DNA from: Azonexus sp.
GTDB taxonomy: Bacteria > Pseudomonadota > Gammaproteobacteria > Burkholderiales > Rhodocyclaceae
Length of the DNA stretch: 64,000 nt
Assembly: GCA_041904995.1 (NCBI GenBank)
Contig: JAYRMB010000003.1
Location: forward strand, 86,447 to 150,446
Direction of reading: 5' to 3'
Under the pieces are notes generated by a model. That model was given only the letters and a program-made list of their open reading frames with translations, was not told the DNA's origin and did no database searches. Shown here in pieces: positions 11,735 to 20,969 of this stretch (position 1 is the stretch's first letter; every line of letters begins with the position of its first letter). Position numbers and translations under genes: made by a program.

Positions 11735-12804
11735 AATCCAATCTCTCCGTAGCCCTCAATCTGTTACCCGGTGTTGGATATCTGCATCGCGGCGAATATC
11801 TGCGTGGCGCGCTCGATCTAGCATGCTTCATCATCGTTCTTGGCATCGGGCGGGGACTCCTGTCTGAAGGTGGTGTGTTTCTCTCCCTGCTTGTGATGGT
11901 CAGTTCGGCGTACCGTATGGCCTATGTAGTGCATGTGTCGGCACCGATCGTCCAGCAGGCGGGGCGGACTGCTGGAGGCTCTAAAACCATCGATCCGCTG
12001 GGCATGATTATGATGCTCAAACCGCGCTGGTGGGTGAGTGTGTTCAACTGGCCTTGGCTGTATATCGTAGTGGCTGCCATGTTGGTGGCGTATCTGTCGC
12101 GCGAGACTGAGTTGTCTTGGACGCAGATAGTCATGGGTGCTCCGGGCGCGATGGAGCTGGCGAAGGACTTTTTCTCGCCGGACTGGTCCCTCCTGCCGAA
12201 TGCTTTGGGATATGCGATGCAGACGATTGCGATCGCCGTCCTGGGTACCTTCTACGGCATACTGATCGCCGTACCAATGTCGGTGTTTTGCGCGAAGAAC
12301 CTGATGCGTGCAACGTCATCAACCCACTCGGTGTACTACGTCGCACGTTGGGGGATGGCGGTGATGCGAGCCACACCGACCTTCCTACTTGGATTGATTT
12401 TTGTCGCATGGGTAGGCTTGGGTCCATTTCCTGGCGTGCTGGCTATCACAATCTTTTCCGGCGCCTTAATGACCAAGCTGTTGTCGGAAGCTATCGAGTC
12501 GGTAAACCCGGGGCCAATCGAGGCAGCAACCGCTACGGGCGCTAATCTTTTCCACGTGATTCTCTTCTCGGTTTTTCCACAGCTGCCAACGGTATTTATT
12601 GCAATATCGCTTTACTGCCTCGAGATCAATATCCACAGCGCCACGGTTCTGGGTCTGATCGGTGCACAGGGCATAGGCATGCCCATACATGAATATCTTT
12701 CGTCCCTAGCCTATAGCAGTGCATCGGTCTATATCTTGGTCGTCATTTTCATCACGATCGGGACGGATTATGCGAGTGGTCTGGTTCGCTCGCGCATCAA
12801 ATAG
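11731..12804 (+). CDS. phnE: PhnE-like ABC permease with N-terminal TM extension
   Basis: EAIESVNPGPIEAATATGA, LEINIHSATVLGLIGAQGIG; overlaps the phnC stop. Confidence 0.85.
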   Translation: MKSNLSVALNLLPGVGYLHRGEYLRGALDLACFIIVLGIGRGLLSEGGVFLSLLVMVSSAYRMAYVVHVSAPIVQQAGRTAGGSKTIDPLGMIMMLKPRWWVSVFNWPWLYIVVAAMLVAYLSRETELSWTQIVMGAPGAMELAKDFFSPDWSLLPNALGYAMQTIAIAVLGTFYGILIAVPMSVFCAKNLMRATSSTHSVYYVARWGMAVMRATPTFLLGLIFVAWVGLGPFPGVLAITIFSGALMTKLLSEAIESVNPGPIEAATATGANLFHVILFSVFPQLPTVFIAISLYCLEINIHSATVLGLIGAQGIGMPIHEYLSSLAYSSASVYILVVIFITIGTDYASGLVRSRIK

Positions 12805-12951
12805 CGAATGAAACCACTGTTTGAAAATTGCTATTTTGACTCCGTATCCATTTTCCGGGATGGAACTACACGCACGGTCAGTTACTTGTTGTTTTCAACT
12901 TGGCGAGGATTTATTCATGAATTTGTCCGATTTCTTCATAGGAGAGATAAA

Positions 12952-13473
12952 TTGAAAAATCAGCATTGTCCGTCTACTCAGCGCAAGTCGCTGTTCATCG
13001 TGTCGAGCCCGGATATCGTCGGAGAGAAACTCAACGATAAGCATGTATTCAATGGCTTCGGCTACTCAGGAGGAAATGAGTCGCCAGAACTCAAATGGAG
13101 TGGAGCACCGATTGACACCAAGAGCTTCGCCATCACTCTCTATGACCCGGATGCTCCAACTGGCAGCGGGTGGTGGCATTGGGTCGTATATAACATTCCG
13201 GCAAATGTTACCTCTCTACCTGGGGGGGCCGGAGCGGATGGCGGAAAATCGCTACCCGAAGGGGCGGCAATGGGGCGCAATGATTTTGGTTTGAAGGCCT
13301 ATGGCGGAGCCTGCCCGCCACCTGGCAAGCAGCACCGCTACCTTTTCACAGTGCACGCTTTGATGATCGAGAAGATCGAGGTACCAGAAGACGCATCGCC
13401 CGCCTTAATCGGTTTCAACCTTACTAGTAACTGCATCGACAAGGCGGTGTTGACCACGATCTATGGATCTTAG
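12952..13473 (+). CDS. YbhB/YbcL (PEBP/RKIP-like) protein
   Basis: GGNESPELKW, SFAITLYDPDAPTGSGWWHW, GACPPPG, HRYLFTVHAL; TTG start inferred from RBS AGGAGA. Confidence 0.85.
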   Translation: MKNQHCPSTQRKSLFIVSSPDIVGEKLNDKHVFNGFGYSGGNESPELKWSGAPIDTKSFAITLYDPDAPTGSGWWHWVVYNIPANVTSLPGGAGADGGKSLPEGAAMGRNDFGLKAYGGACPPPGKQHRYLFTVHALMIEKIEVPEDASPALIGFNLTSNCIDKAVLTTIYGS

Positions 13474-13614
13474 ATGAAGGTGTGTAGAGGATGCATTGCA
13501 CCTAAAGACTTGCTAATAGCGAGCCTATATGTGCACATCTTTAAGGCCGCCATGTATCCGCTTTGCTTACCAAAGAGTCAAAGAAAACACTTTTAGAAAA
13601 CGAAAGTTAATCTT

Positions 13615-15357
13615 ATGTCAATAGATAAATTGATCGATGATCTAGTCACCCAGGCTGGAAAAATGCCAGCATCCATTTCGGTTCAACGTGCACTCACGGT
13701 GGATGGGTGTATCCCAGAGGAGGACAAGCTTGCGCCATTAACGTCAGCAGAACGTTACGCAATCGAATGCATCACACGTAAGAATCACAGCTTCGCGAGC
13801 GACGGTCAAATTAGTTTGGCTTTCCGGCCTCACGGGAGATTGCATGTTCTGCCGAGAGAGGATTTTGAAGTTCACTCTGAATTTCTTACATTAATTGGGC
13901 ATGTTGAATTAACAGAAGCTGAGCTAGTAACTTACTTGGCAACAAAGCAGTCTGCACAGTGTGCGTTGGAAGAAGAACGAACTGTCATTCTAAGTTACTT
14001 GTTCAAGCATGGGTTCGAATGCATATGTGGTGAGTTGTCGCGCTTGTCCGAACATATGGCGCCGTTAATTTATTACGTTGGCGAAATCTGTATTTCTAAT
14101 TTCTATGACATTGGAAAGTCTGATTTCAAGTTGGAAAGTACTTTGGAACATGCCTTGAAAGAGGTTCTCGAGCAGCGTGAAAATGCTCCCATAGAGTTTC
14201 TGACCACCATCTATTGTCTGCATCTGCTTTTGCAGTCTGGAAGCTATACGCGCCTCGAAGAATTGAATTCGAGCCAACTGTCTCGATCCGTTCTAGCGGA
14301 TTACTTTGATGCCAAATACGGCGTCTATCAGAAAGCGGGCGGTGTTTACTCTGATGTGGAGAGCTACTCCTTGTTTTCCTCGTCCTCTCTGGAGGATAAA
14401 GCGGTATTGCTCGCGCATATCCGGAGGAGCATAGAAACTACTAGCCGTTTTACTCGCCATATCAATGGCGTGAATCTGCGCAAGAAGGAAAACATTCTTC
14501 CAATTCCTCCTGCCCAAGTAAATGCTTCACTCCCGTCCCTGCATCGCTCTGCGCACACTATGGCCATGCTACAGCGTTGGGTGGGGCCAAACAGATCTGC
14601 TCAACAAACCTTCCTTCCCAGTTCTTTTGGGGATCTGCTCAAAGAAATAGAAATATTGCTTGCACAAAAAGCTTCGTTTCCGTCTCGACTTGAGTCCTTA
14701 ATTGATTATGTGGTCGCAGAGGCAGTGTGCAGCACACGATCTGATTTCGGCATGACTCGCGGTGCACGTGATTTCCTTAAGTTCGCCACGGCCTTGTGCC
14801 AGGGGCAAACTGAAGTTGCCAGTTCGTGGGGACAGGGAGAGTATTTCTGCCACGTAGTGCCAAACGAAGAAATGAAGGCAGCGTATTCACCAAAGACGCT
14901 CTCAATGATTCTCAATGCAATATCCGGACGCATGCGCTACAACTCTTGGCATTACGCGCCAAGCTATTTCGAAATTGCGAGCATTTCTGCTGACCGAGGC
15001 TGGTTCTATGCCCCACGAATGGCCGATATTGCAGACTGGTGCGACCAGCATCACACCGGCCATATACATGCCTCCGTTCGTTACAGCATCAGATCCCCTC
15101 TGCCCATTTGCGTACGAGATTCCGTGTTCCCGGGATTCATTGATTTGAGGTTAATGCGTCAGTCTGGCGATCCGTATAGCCGAGAGGATTTGGTCACAGC
15201 CATTGCCTACACTGAAGCTCTTCAGTTCATCTATCAGAGCTTGATGAATTTTGTATTGAAAGAAAACAAAAGTTTTGTATTTACTTTTGGCGATAAAAAG
15301 TGGATCGAAAAAGTCTGCTTACCACAGACACCAGAGATGGTTGCCGCAATCGCGTAG
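13615..15357 (+). CDS. 580-aa hypothetical protein, probable enzyme
   Basis: Long open frame inside the operon; motif-like blocks RLEELNSSQ, RHINGVNLRKKE, HVVP, RMRYNSWHY, DQHHTGH, DLRLMR; no family recognised. Confidence 0.85.
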   Translation: MSIDKLIDDLVTQAGKMPASISVQRALTVDGCIPEEDKLAPLTSAERYAIECITRKNHSFASDGQISLAFRPHGRLHVLPREDFEVHSEFLTLIGHVELTEAELVTYLATKQSAQCALEEERTVILSYLFKHGFECICGELSRLSEHMAPLIYYVGEICISNFYDIGKSDFKLESTLEHALKEVLEQRENAPIEFLTTIYCLHLLLQSGSYTRLEELNSSQLSRSVLADYFDAKYGVYQKAGGVYSDVESYSLFSSSSLEDKAVLLAHIRRSIETTSRFTRHINGVNLRKKENILPIPPAQVNASLPSLHRSAHTMAMLQRWVGPNRSAQQTFLPSSFGDLLKEIEILLAQKASFPSRLESLIDYVVAEAVCSTRSDFGMTRGARDFLKFATALCQGQTEVASSWGQGEYFCHVVPNEEMKAAYSPKTLSMILNAISGRMRYNSWHYAPSYFEIASISADRGWFYAPRMADIADWCDQHHTGHIHASVRYSIRSPLPICVRDSVFPGFIDLRLMRQSGDPYSREDLVTAIAYTEALQFIYQSLMNFVLKENKSFVFTFGDKKWIEKVCLPQTPEMVAAIA

Positions 15358-15382
15358 CTTGCACAAATAGGAGGAGAGAGAA

Positions 15383-15718
15383 ATGACTTTCGTCGTTACC
15401 GAAAATTGTATTCGCTGCAAATATATGGACTGCGTTGCGCCTTGTCCCGTGGATTGCTTCTATGAAGGTCCGGAGTTTTTGGTTATCAATCCAGATGAAT
15501 GTATCGATTGCAATGTTTGTGCAGTGGAGTGTCCAGTCGATGCAATTTATCAAGATAAAAATCTGCCGGAAAATCAAAAAGAGTTCATCGAGATAAATAA
15601 ACAACTCTCACAAATATGGCCACGTGTGACTGGTGGTACCTCTGCCCCACTGCCAGATGCTGAACATTGGCGAACGGTGAGTAATAAAAAGGGCTTCCTG
15701 GTTCTACCAGAAAACTGA
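15383..15718 (+). CDS. fdxA: 7Fe (3Fe-4S/4Fe-4S) ferredoxin, FdxA type
   Basis: [29 protein letters not shown]...CIDCNVC...CP; RBS AGGAG. Confidence 0.9.
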   Translation: MTFVVTENCIRCKYMDCVAPCPVDCFYEGPEFLVINPDECIDCNVCAVECPVDAIYQDKNLPENQKEFIEINKQLSQIWPRVTGGTSAPLPDAEHWRTVSNKKGFLVLPEN

Positions 15719-15853
15719 AATCAGTTTGATCGAGTGCGACCGGCTAGCCTTTCTATTTGCAAGCCTACAAAGTAGATCTTAACAACTTAAGGAGTACCCC
15801 CGGCTCTGCCGGAGGATTGTTACCAACAAACCTGTCACGAGGAGTGAGGCAAA

Positions 15854-16756
15854 TTGAGTGATCTGAAGTTGTCAGAAATAGTGCGACGAAAAATTTCGTC
15901 GGTCAAAGGTATCCAGGAGACTTCGATATCCGCAGAGAGCTCCATTAAGGATGATTTGGGAATTTCGTCGATGGAGTTTATTACCATTTTGACCGAAGTT
16001 GCTGAGGTGCTGCGTATTGATCTGATGAAGTTTTCAGAGAAAGAAATTGTCACCGCTCTTACTGTCGGCGACCTGGAGCGAGTAATTGCCTCGAAGCTTC
16101 CCAAGCAAGGAGAAAAAGTGATCAATTTTAGTTCTGACATCGTATTGAAGGGATGGGGGGTTGTACTTAGGCCTTGGATGGAGCAAGACGTTGGGCAGAT
16201 TGTAGAGTCGGCTACAGACCCGCTTGTTTGGAAATATACGACTGAGGCACTTTCGAACAAGGGCGACGTTGTTAAATATGTTGCGCGGGCTATGGCTGAT
16301 CGAGAGGCGGGTAAGCGCTACTCTTTCGCAATTTGTCTGGAAGGTAGCGATGCAATCGTGGGTAGCTCTAGCTTCGGGAATATGTCTGCAAAAGATGGCC
16401 GACTCGAAATCGGTTGGACTTGGTTAGCCCCGGAATATCACGGGCAAGGACTTAACAACGTCGTCAAGTACCTCATGTTGAAATATGGTTTTGAGGAGCT
16501 CGATTCACACCGTATAGAGTTTAAGACGGACAACGCAAACCCTCGATCGTGCGGAGCGCTTGAAAAGATTGGTGCAAAGCGGGATGGCGTTTTGCGTTCG
16601 CACACCTTAATGCATGATGGGCGCTATCGGGATACGGCGTACTACTCGATACTCAACGAAGAATGGGCTCAGGTGAACGCTGCGCTTTGCCATCGGATAG
16701 CGAGCGTGCTTGAGCAAGGGGCTGATTACTCACAAAACGTATCCATTGCTGGATGA
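15854..16756 (+). CDS. Acyl carrier protein fused to a RimJ/RimL-type GNAT acetyltransferase
   Basis: Residues 1-82 ACP-like (DDLGISSMEF, TVGDL); the rest GNAT (EIGWTWL, HRIEFKTDNAN, GVLRSH, RDTAYYSIL). Confidence 0.82.
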   Translation: MSDLKLSEIVRRKISSVKGIQETSISAESSIKDDLGISSMEFITILTEVAEVLRIDLMKFSEKEIVTALTVGDLERVIASKLPKQGEKVINFSSDIVLKGWGVVLRPWMEQDVGQIVESATDPLVWKYTTEALSNKGDVVKYVARAMADREAGKRYSFAICLEGSDAIVGSSSFGNMSAKDGRLEIGWTWLAPEYHGQGLNNVVKYLMLKYGFEELDSHRIEFKTDNANPRSCGALEKIGAKRDGVLRSHTLMHDGRYRDTAYYSILNEEWAQVNAALCHRIASVLEQGADYSQNVSIAG

Positions 16757-16770
16757 TGCAATGAGAGTGA

Positions 16771-16798
16771 GGGGCGCGAGTATGCATACTCGCGCCCC
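16771..16798. repeat. Perfect 28-bp palindrome
   Basis: GGGGCGCGAGTATGCATACTCGCGCCCC equals its own reverse complement; intergenic. Confidence 0.95.
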
Positions 16799-16830
16799 AT
16801 CAGCGATATTCCTCGTGTGAAGGTTCAATA

Positions 16831-17997
16831 ATGCAAATGCCAGAAAATGCTGTGCGGCTATCGGGTGATCCGATAACCCGCGGGGTCCAGCATGGGCGAA
16901 AGCTGGCCCCAGAAATCAAACGCCTTCTTTCTAATGACTGTGCGCGGATTAACTGCCATCTATCACGCCCTGTTCCGGAGGAGCTGATCTACGCTTATGT
17001 GAGGAAATTCGCTTTTGAAATAGAGAGGGAATTACCTTTGATCGCGGCAGAGATTGAAGGGCTCTCCAAGGGCGCGGAGATTTCTTATGAGCAAGCAGTT
17101 CTCCTCCAGGTCCGCCGTGAAATTTTAATGCACCTGCGTAAAGGTGCTAACAGCGACTGCTCTACATTTTCGCTACCGATAAATAAACGGGTTGTTGCTC
17201 AAACTATCGACCTCAATAGTTCCTTTGCAGAATTTGGCACGGTATTCCAAATTGAACCTTGGTGCGGTAGCCCCGAAATCCTGATGTTCTCTTTCGCTGG
17301 TTTGCTGGGGTACATGGGCATGAATTCCAGTGGCCTAGCTATTGCGATCAATATGGTTTCTTCTGATGATTGGCGTCCAGGCGTTCCTCCCTATCTGTTG
17401 GTGCGCCACTTGCTGGAGCTACACACCGTTGAGGAGTGTCTTGAGGCAATAGCAAATATTCGGCGAAGCAGTTCCCGCAGTTTCACTATCTGCGACTCGA
17501 CGCGCAGTGTTACGGTCGAAATGACCGCTACTTCATTCGCCGTTCTGGAAGGGAAGAAGTTGTTGCACACCAATCATTATTTGTCTCCTGATTTGGCCCC
17601 TTACGACACCATCAATTTTCTAGCTCGGCACTCTTCCATGCAGCGGCTTGCGAAGCTTCATACCTTAACGCAAAACCTTCCAGAAACGCCGGCCGTCAGC
17701 GAGCTATTCAATCTCTTCGCTGATCACGAAAACCATCCTGTCGGATTATGTAGTCACGCCGATGGCGATCTGCGCCGGACGGAAACAGTTGCCACGGCAG
17801 TAATGCATCCGGCGACTGGAACGATGTACGTTCGTAAGGGAATGCCGTGCTGCGGCTGTGAAATTGAAAAGTTCACGATGGCCAGCATGGATGTTAAATC
17901 CGACATGCAGGCTATTTCCGCCGCGACTCATCGAGTAAGTGATAGTCGGCCTGACCTGGTGCCGGGCGTTCAATTCGAAAATATCGGGCAGTTATGA
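16831..17997 (+). CDS. C45-family Ntn hydrolase/acyltransferase (isopenicillin-N acyltransferase-like)
   Basis: RGVQHG, EIEGLSKGA, DCST (Cys110 candidate nucleophile), AQTID, GMNSSGLAIAIN, HTNHY. Confidence 0.85.
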   Translation: MQMPENAVRLSGDPITRGVQHGRKLAPEIKRLLSNDCARINCHLSRPVPEELIYAYVRKFAFEIERELPLIAAEIEGLSKGAEISYEQAVLLQVRREILMHLRKGANSDCSTFSLPINKRVVAQTIDLNSSFAEFGTVFQIEPWCGSPEILMFSFAGLLGYMGMNSSGLAIAINMVSSDDWRPGVPPYLLVRHLLELHTVEECLEAIANIRRSSSRSFTICDSTRSVTVEMTATSFAVLEGKKLLHTNHYLSPDLAPYDTINFLARHSSMQRLAKLHTLTQNLPETPAVSELFNLFADHENHPVGLCSHADGDLRRTETVATAVMHPATGTMYVRKGMPCCGCEIEKFTMASMDVKSDMQAISAATHRVSDSRPDLVPGVQFENIGQL

Positions 17998-18839
17998 ATC
18001 ACAGACTCCAATCTTCAAGTTCTGACGCGACAGAACTCTCCCCCAACGCACTGATGGCCACAGCAAAAGAAATTACCGCTTCGGACGGAGAGAAAATTCG
18101 TTGGGTTGAGTTTGGTTGTGGGAGGCCGCTTGTGGTCTCGCCGGCTCTGGGGACCCCCCTTGCATCGTGGCTGCCCGCGTTATTGGTGTTGTCAGCTGAC
18201 TTCAGAATATTTTTTGCCTTAACCCGAGGAGGCTGCGAGGGGGCCACGCCGAAAGGATTGGCTAATTTAACTGTCCAGCGTCGAGGGGAGGATTTGGCCG
18301 AGCTTATCAACTCGTTAGATCACAGAGAGTACTGCATGGTTGCGCACTCGAGCGGCGTTTCTCCCGCAGTTGTTAGCCTGAAGCAACTAAATACGCCGCC
18401 GTCGCACGTCTGTTTAATCTCCGCCAGATACGGTGCGGGCCAGCCTATTGGCGCCGAAGATTTGCTTCAGCGCGCTAGAAAAGACTCTGGATTCATGAAC
18501 GTTGTTCAGTCGATTGTTGTTAATTACTCTCCGCCGTCCGCTGCCGGCGTAATGCGAGAGCTATTGCGTGATTTTGGCCGGCTTGAAGCATTGCTTCGAG
18601 CCTTTGATCTATCACGTACCTTCAGCTACACCGAACCCTTGTGCGCCGGTATCGCGATGACTTTCGTTATGGCCGAGCATGATCCAGACGACGTGCGAAA
18701 GACGACTCGCCAAATAGTCGATGCCCAATTGGGAGAGCCATGGGCATTGGTTGATGTTCCAGATGTAGGTCACTTTTTTGTACAGGACGATGGCGAGGCG
18801 GCGGCAGCACTTATCGCTACACGCCTTTCTTCGCAATAA
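17994..18839 (+). CDS. Alpha/beta hydrolase (thioesterase-like)
   Basis: Nucleophile elbow AHSSG and C-terminal VGHF; ATGA overlap with the C45 gene. Confidence 0.75.
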   Translation: MNHRLQSSSSDATELSPNALMATAKEITASDGEKIRWVEFGCGRPLVVSPALGTPLASWLPALLVLSADFRIFFALTRGGCEGATPKGLANLTVQRRGEDLAELINSLDHREYCMVAHSSGVSPAVVSLKQLNTPPSHVCLISARYGAGQPIGAEDLLQRARKDSGFMNVVQSIVVNYSPPSAAGVMRELLRDFGRLEALLRAFDLSRTFSYTEPLCAGIAMTFVMAEHDPDDVRKTTRQIVDAQLGEPWALVDVPDVGHFFVQDDGEAAAALIATRLSSQ

Positions 18840-18934
18840 GTACGCCAGCAGAATACTTTGCCAAGATGGCTGATTTGCCAGTGCCAAAATCTGCGGGATG
18901 TTGCCGTGATAAATAAAAATGAGGATGAAAACGT

Positions 18935-19588
18935 ATGGCCCACTTTGAGAACGTTGAAACGATAGCCAAAACACAGTGGTACGCCTCTCCGACAGCAGAA
19001 ACAGCGCACAAAGTTGCGCAATGCGTAGATGACGGCGGTGTCGCGATGTTTCCTGCCGATACGGTTTACGGATTTTTCGGCAATGCGCTCGACCCAAAGT
19101 CGTATGAGCGCGTCTACGACATCAAAAGGCGAGAGCGTCGGAAACCCTTTGTTATATACACGGTTGCATCTCGGGTTGAGCAGGTCGCCTACCTCAACCC
19201 AATGGCGCAGCGATTAATTGAGCGCTTCTGGCCGGATGAGGCACTTGCTCTGGTTCTTCCCAAAAAGGACATCATTTCGAACAGTTTTACTGATGGGAAG
19301 GACACGGTTGCAGTGATGTCGGCTAGCGGAGGCTTTATCTCCGAGGTGATGCGTACCTGCAATTCAATCATGTTTGGAACGACTTGCAATATTTCTGGCA
19401 TGCCAGAAATTACTAAGATCGACGATGCACACGAGTTTAATGAGCAAGTAAATATCGCCGTTGGTGGAGACAGCCTTTTGAGACACAGTGTGCCGTCAAC
19501 CATTGTCGACTGTACTGGTGCTGTGCCAAAAATCCTTCGAGAGTCGGCAATTCCGGCTTCAGTTGTATTTGAAGTGTGTCGCGCTTGA
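18935..19588 (+). CDS. Divergent TsaC/YrdC/Sua5-family adenylating enzyme
   Basis: GGVAMFPADTVYG, IKRRERRKP, GTTCNISG, PSTIVD; stand-alone YrdC domain. Confidence 0.85.
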   Translation: MAHFENVETIAKTQWYASPTAETAHKVAQCVDDGGVAMFPADTVYGFFGNALDPKSYERVYDIKRRERRKPFVIYTVASRVEQVAYLNPMAQRLIERFWPDEALALVLPKKDIISNSFTDGKDTVAVMSASGGFISEVMRTCNSIMFGTTCNISGMPEITKIDDAHEFNEQVNIAVGGDSLLRHSVPSTIVDCTGAVPKILRESAIPASVVFEVCRA

Positions 19589-19702
19589 TGTGGTAGCAAA
19601 GAACACATGTTTTCCCGCAAAAATGTGCGTGAAAATTCCGTGCTCATAAGCGCAAATTTTTATTCGCTTACATCTTGAAATCTATATTGTCGACATACTC
19701 CA

Positions 19703-20869
19703 ATGCCTAGACTATTTCTGCTTGTTCTTTTTCTGACGGTAGCAATCAATACTGGTATGGGAATGATTATTCCCGTCATGCCAACCCTTCTCAAAGAGTT
19801 TGGTTTTAGCACGTTAGGACTATCGCTACCCTTCGCCGCCCTGATCATTGCACGGATAGTTTCAAAGCCTTGGGCGGGTGTCGCACTCAATCGTCTGGGT
19901 GGGCGCTACCTTATGTTGATGGTTTTCGCCGTCTACTCACTTGCGTTTTTCTTGTACCCGGTCTGCCATAGCCAATTTGGCTTTATTTTGCTGAGAGTGC
20001 TGGAGGGCTTTGCCGAAGGCGTGGGTGGAGTCGTCATAACGAATTCAGCAATCGTGATGACGACTGGCCTACGAAACCGTGGGGTTCTTATGGGCTACTT
20101 CTCAGCAGCATTCGGCGTGGGCTTCATTGTCGGACCAATAATCGGTTGGCTAGCACTCGAAACCGTGGGTACCACTGGAATGTTCTTTGTAGGTGGATGT
20201 GTCGGCCTGCTCGGATTGGTTGCAAGTGCTATGTTGCCGCGAAGAAATAATGAGTCGTTGCCGCCAAAAACGAGCCTAAGAGAGCTTGCCAATAATTTGG
20301 GATATCTCATTCCATACATCCCCAGCGTACTTCGAAGAGCGTTGTTTTTCTCTTTCATGATTATTGTGCCGTTATTTGCCACGGGTCGATTAGGGGTTTC
20401 TGCAGAAAAGGTCGGCTTACTGTTTACAGCGTCTGGAATAATCTCAACAGTATGTATGTTTTTTACTGGGAAACTCGCGGATTTCTTTGACCCCAAGAAA
20501 TTAGCGGCTTGGTGCCTCGCAGGGATGGGCATTCTGATCGCCATATGCGGATTCACAAATTCGGTTGAGGCATTTTTGGTTTTCTTTCTTGCGGAAACAC
20601 TACTTTTCGCAATTATGTTGCCTGCGGGTACGAAAGTATTTGCAGTCGCGATTGACAATCATCCTTTGCGCGAGCCAATGGTTGGTTCATTCGGTAGCTT
20701 TACCGAAGTATGCACCGTCATTTTGGCCTTTCTGCTTCCGGCTATTTTAGAAATTAGTATCACCGGCGCCTGGGTCTTTATGGGGGGGCTTTGTGTCGTT
20801 GGTGCTGTGCTATTGCTTCAATGGCAGCCCATTTCCGGGGCCAGGCGCGAAGTCGTAAGCACGAGCTGA
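19703..20869 (+). CDS. MFS transporter (probable exporter)
   Basis: About 12 hydrophobic segments, motif-A-like NRLGGR, LRVLEGFAEG, GFIVGPIIG. Confidence 0.88.
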   Translation: MPRLFLLVLFLTVAINTGMGMIIPVMPTLLKEFGFSTLGLSLPFAALIIARIVSKPWAGVALNRLGGRYLMLMVFAVYSLAFFLYPVCHSQFGFILLRVLEGFAEGVGGVVITNSAIVMTTGLRNRGVLMGYFSAAFGVGFIVGPIIGWLALETVGTTGMFFVGGCVGLLGLVASAMLPRRNNESLPPKTSLRELANNLGYLIPYIPSVLRRALFFSFMIIVPLFATGRLGVSAEKVGLLFTASGIISTVCMFFTGKLADFFDPKKLAAWCLAGMGILIAICGFTNSVEAFLVFFLAETLLFAIMLPAGTKVFAVAIDNHPLREPMVGSFGSFTEVCTVILAFLLPAILEISITGAWVFMGGLCVVGAVLLLQWQPISGARREVVSTS

Positions 20870-20969
20870 ACGACAGCATGCCGATGGCTGAGGTCGACCA
20901 TTGATCGACACAAAAGCACGTCGTAGCAACGCTCAATTTGACTGTTAGAAAATGATCTAAGGTGTGCGA

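Noticed and set aside
18935-19588. Housekeeping tsaC assignment
   Set aside because: It sits in mobile cargo with several consensus substitutions, so no gene symbol was given.
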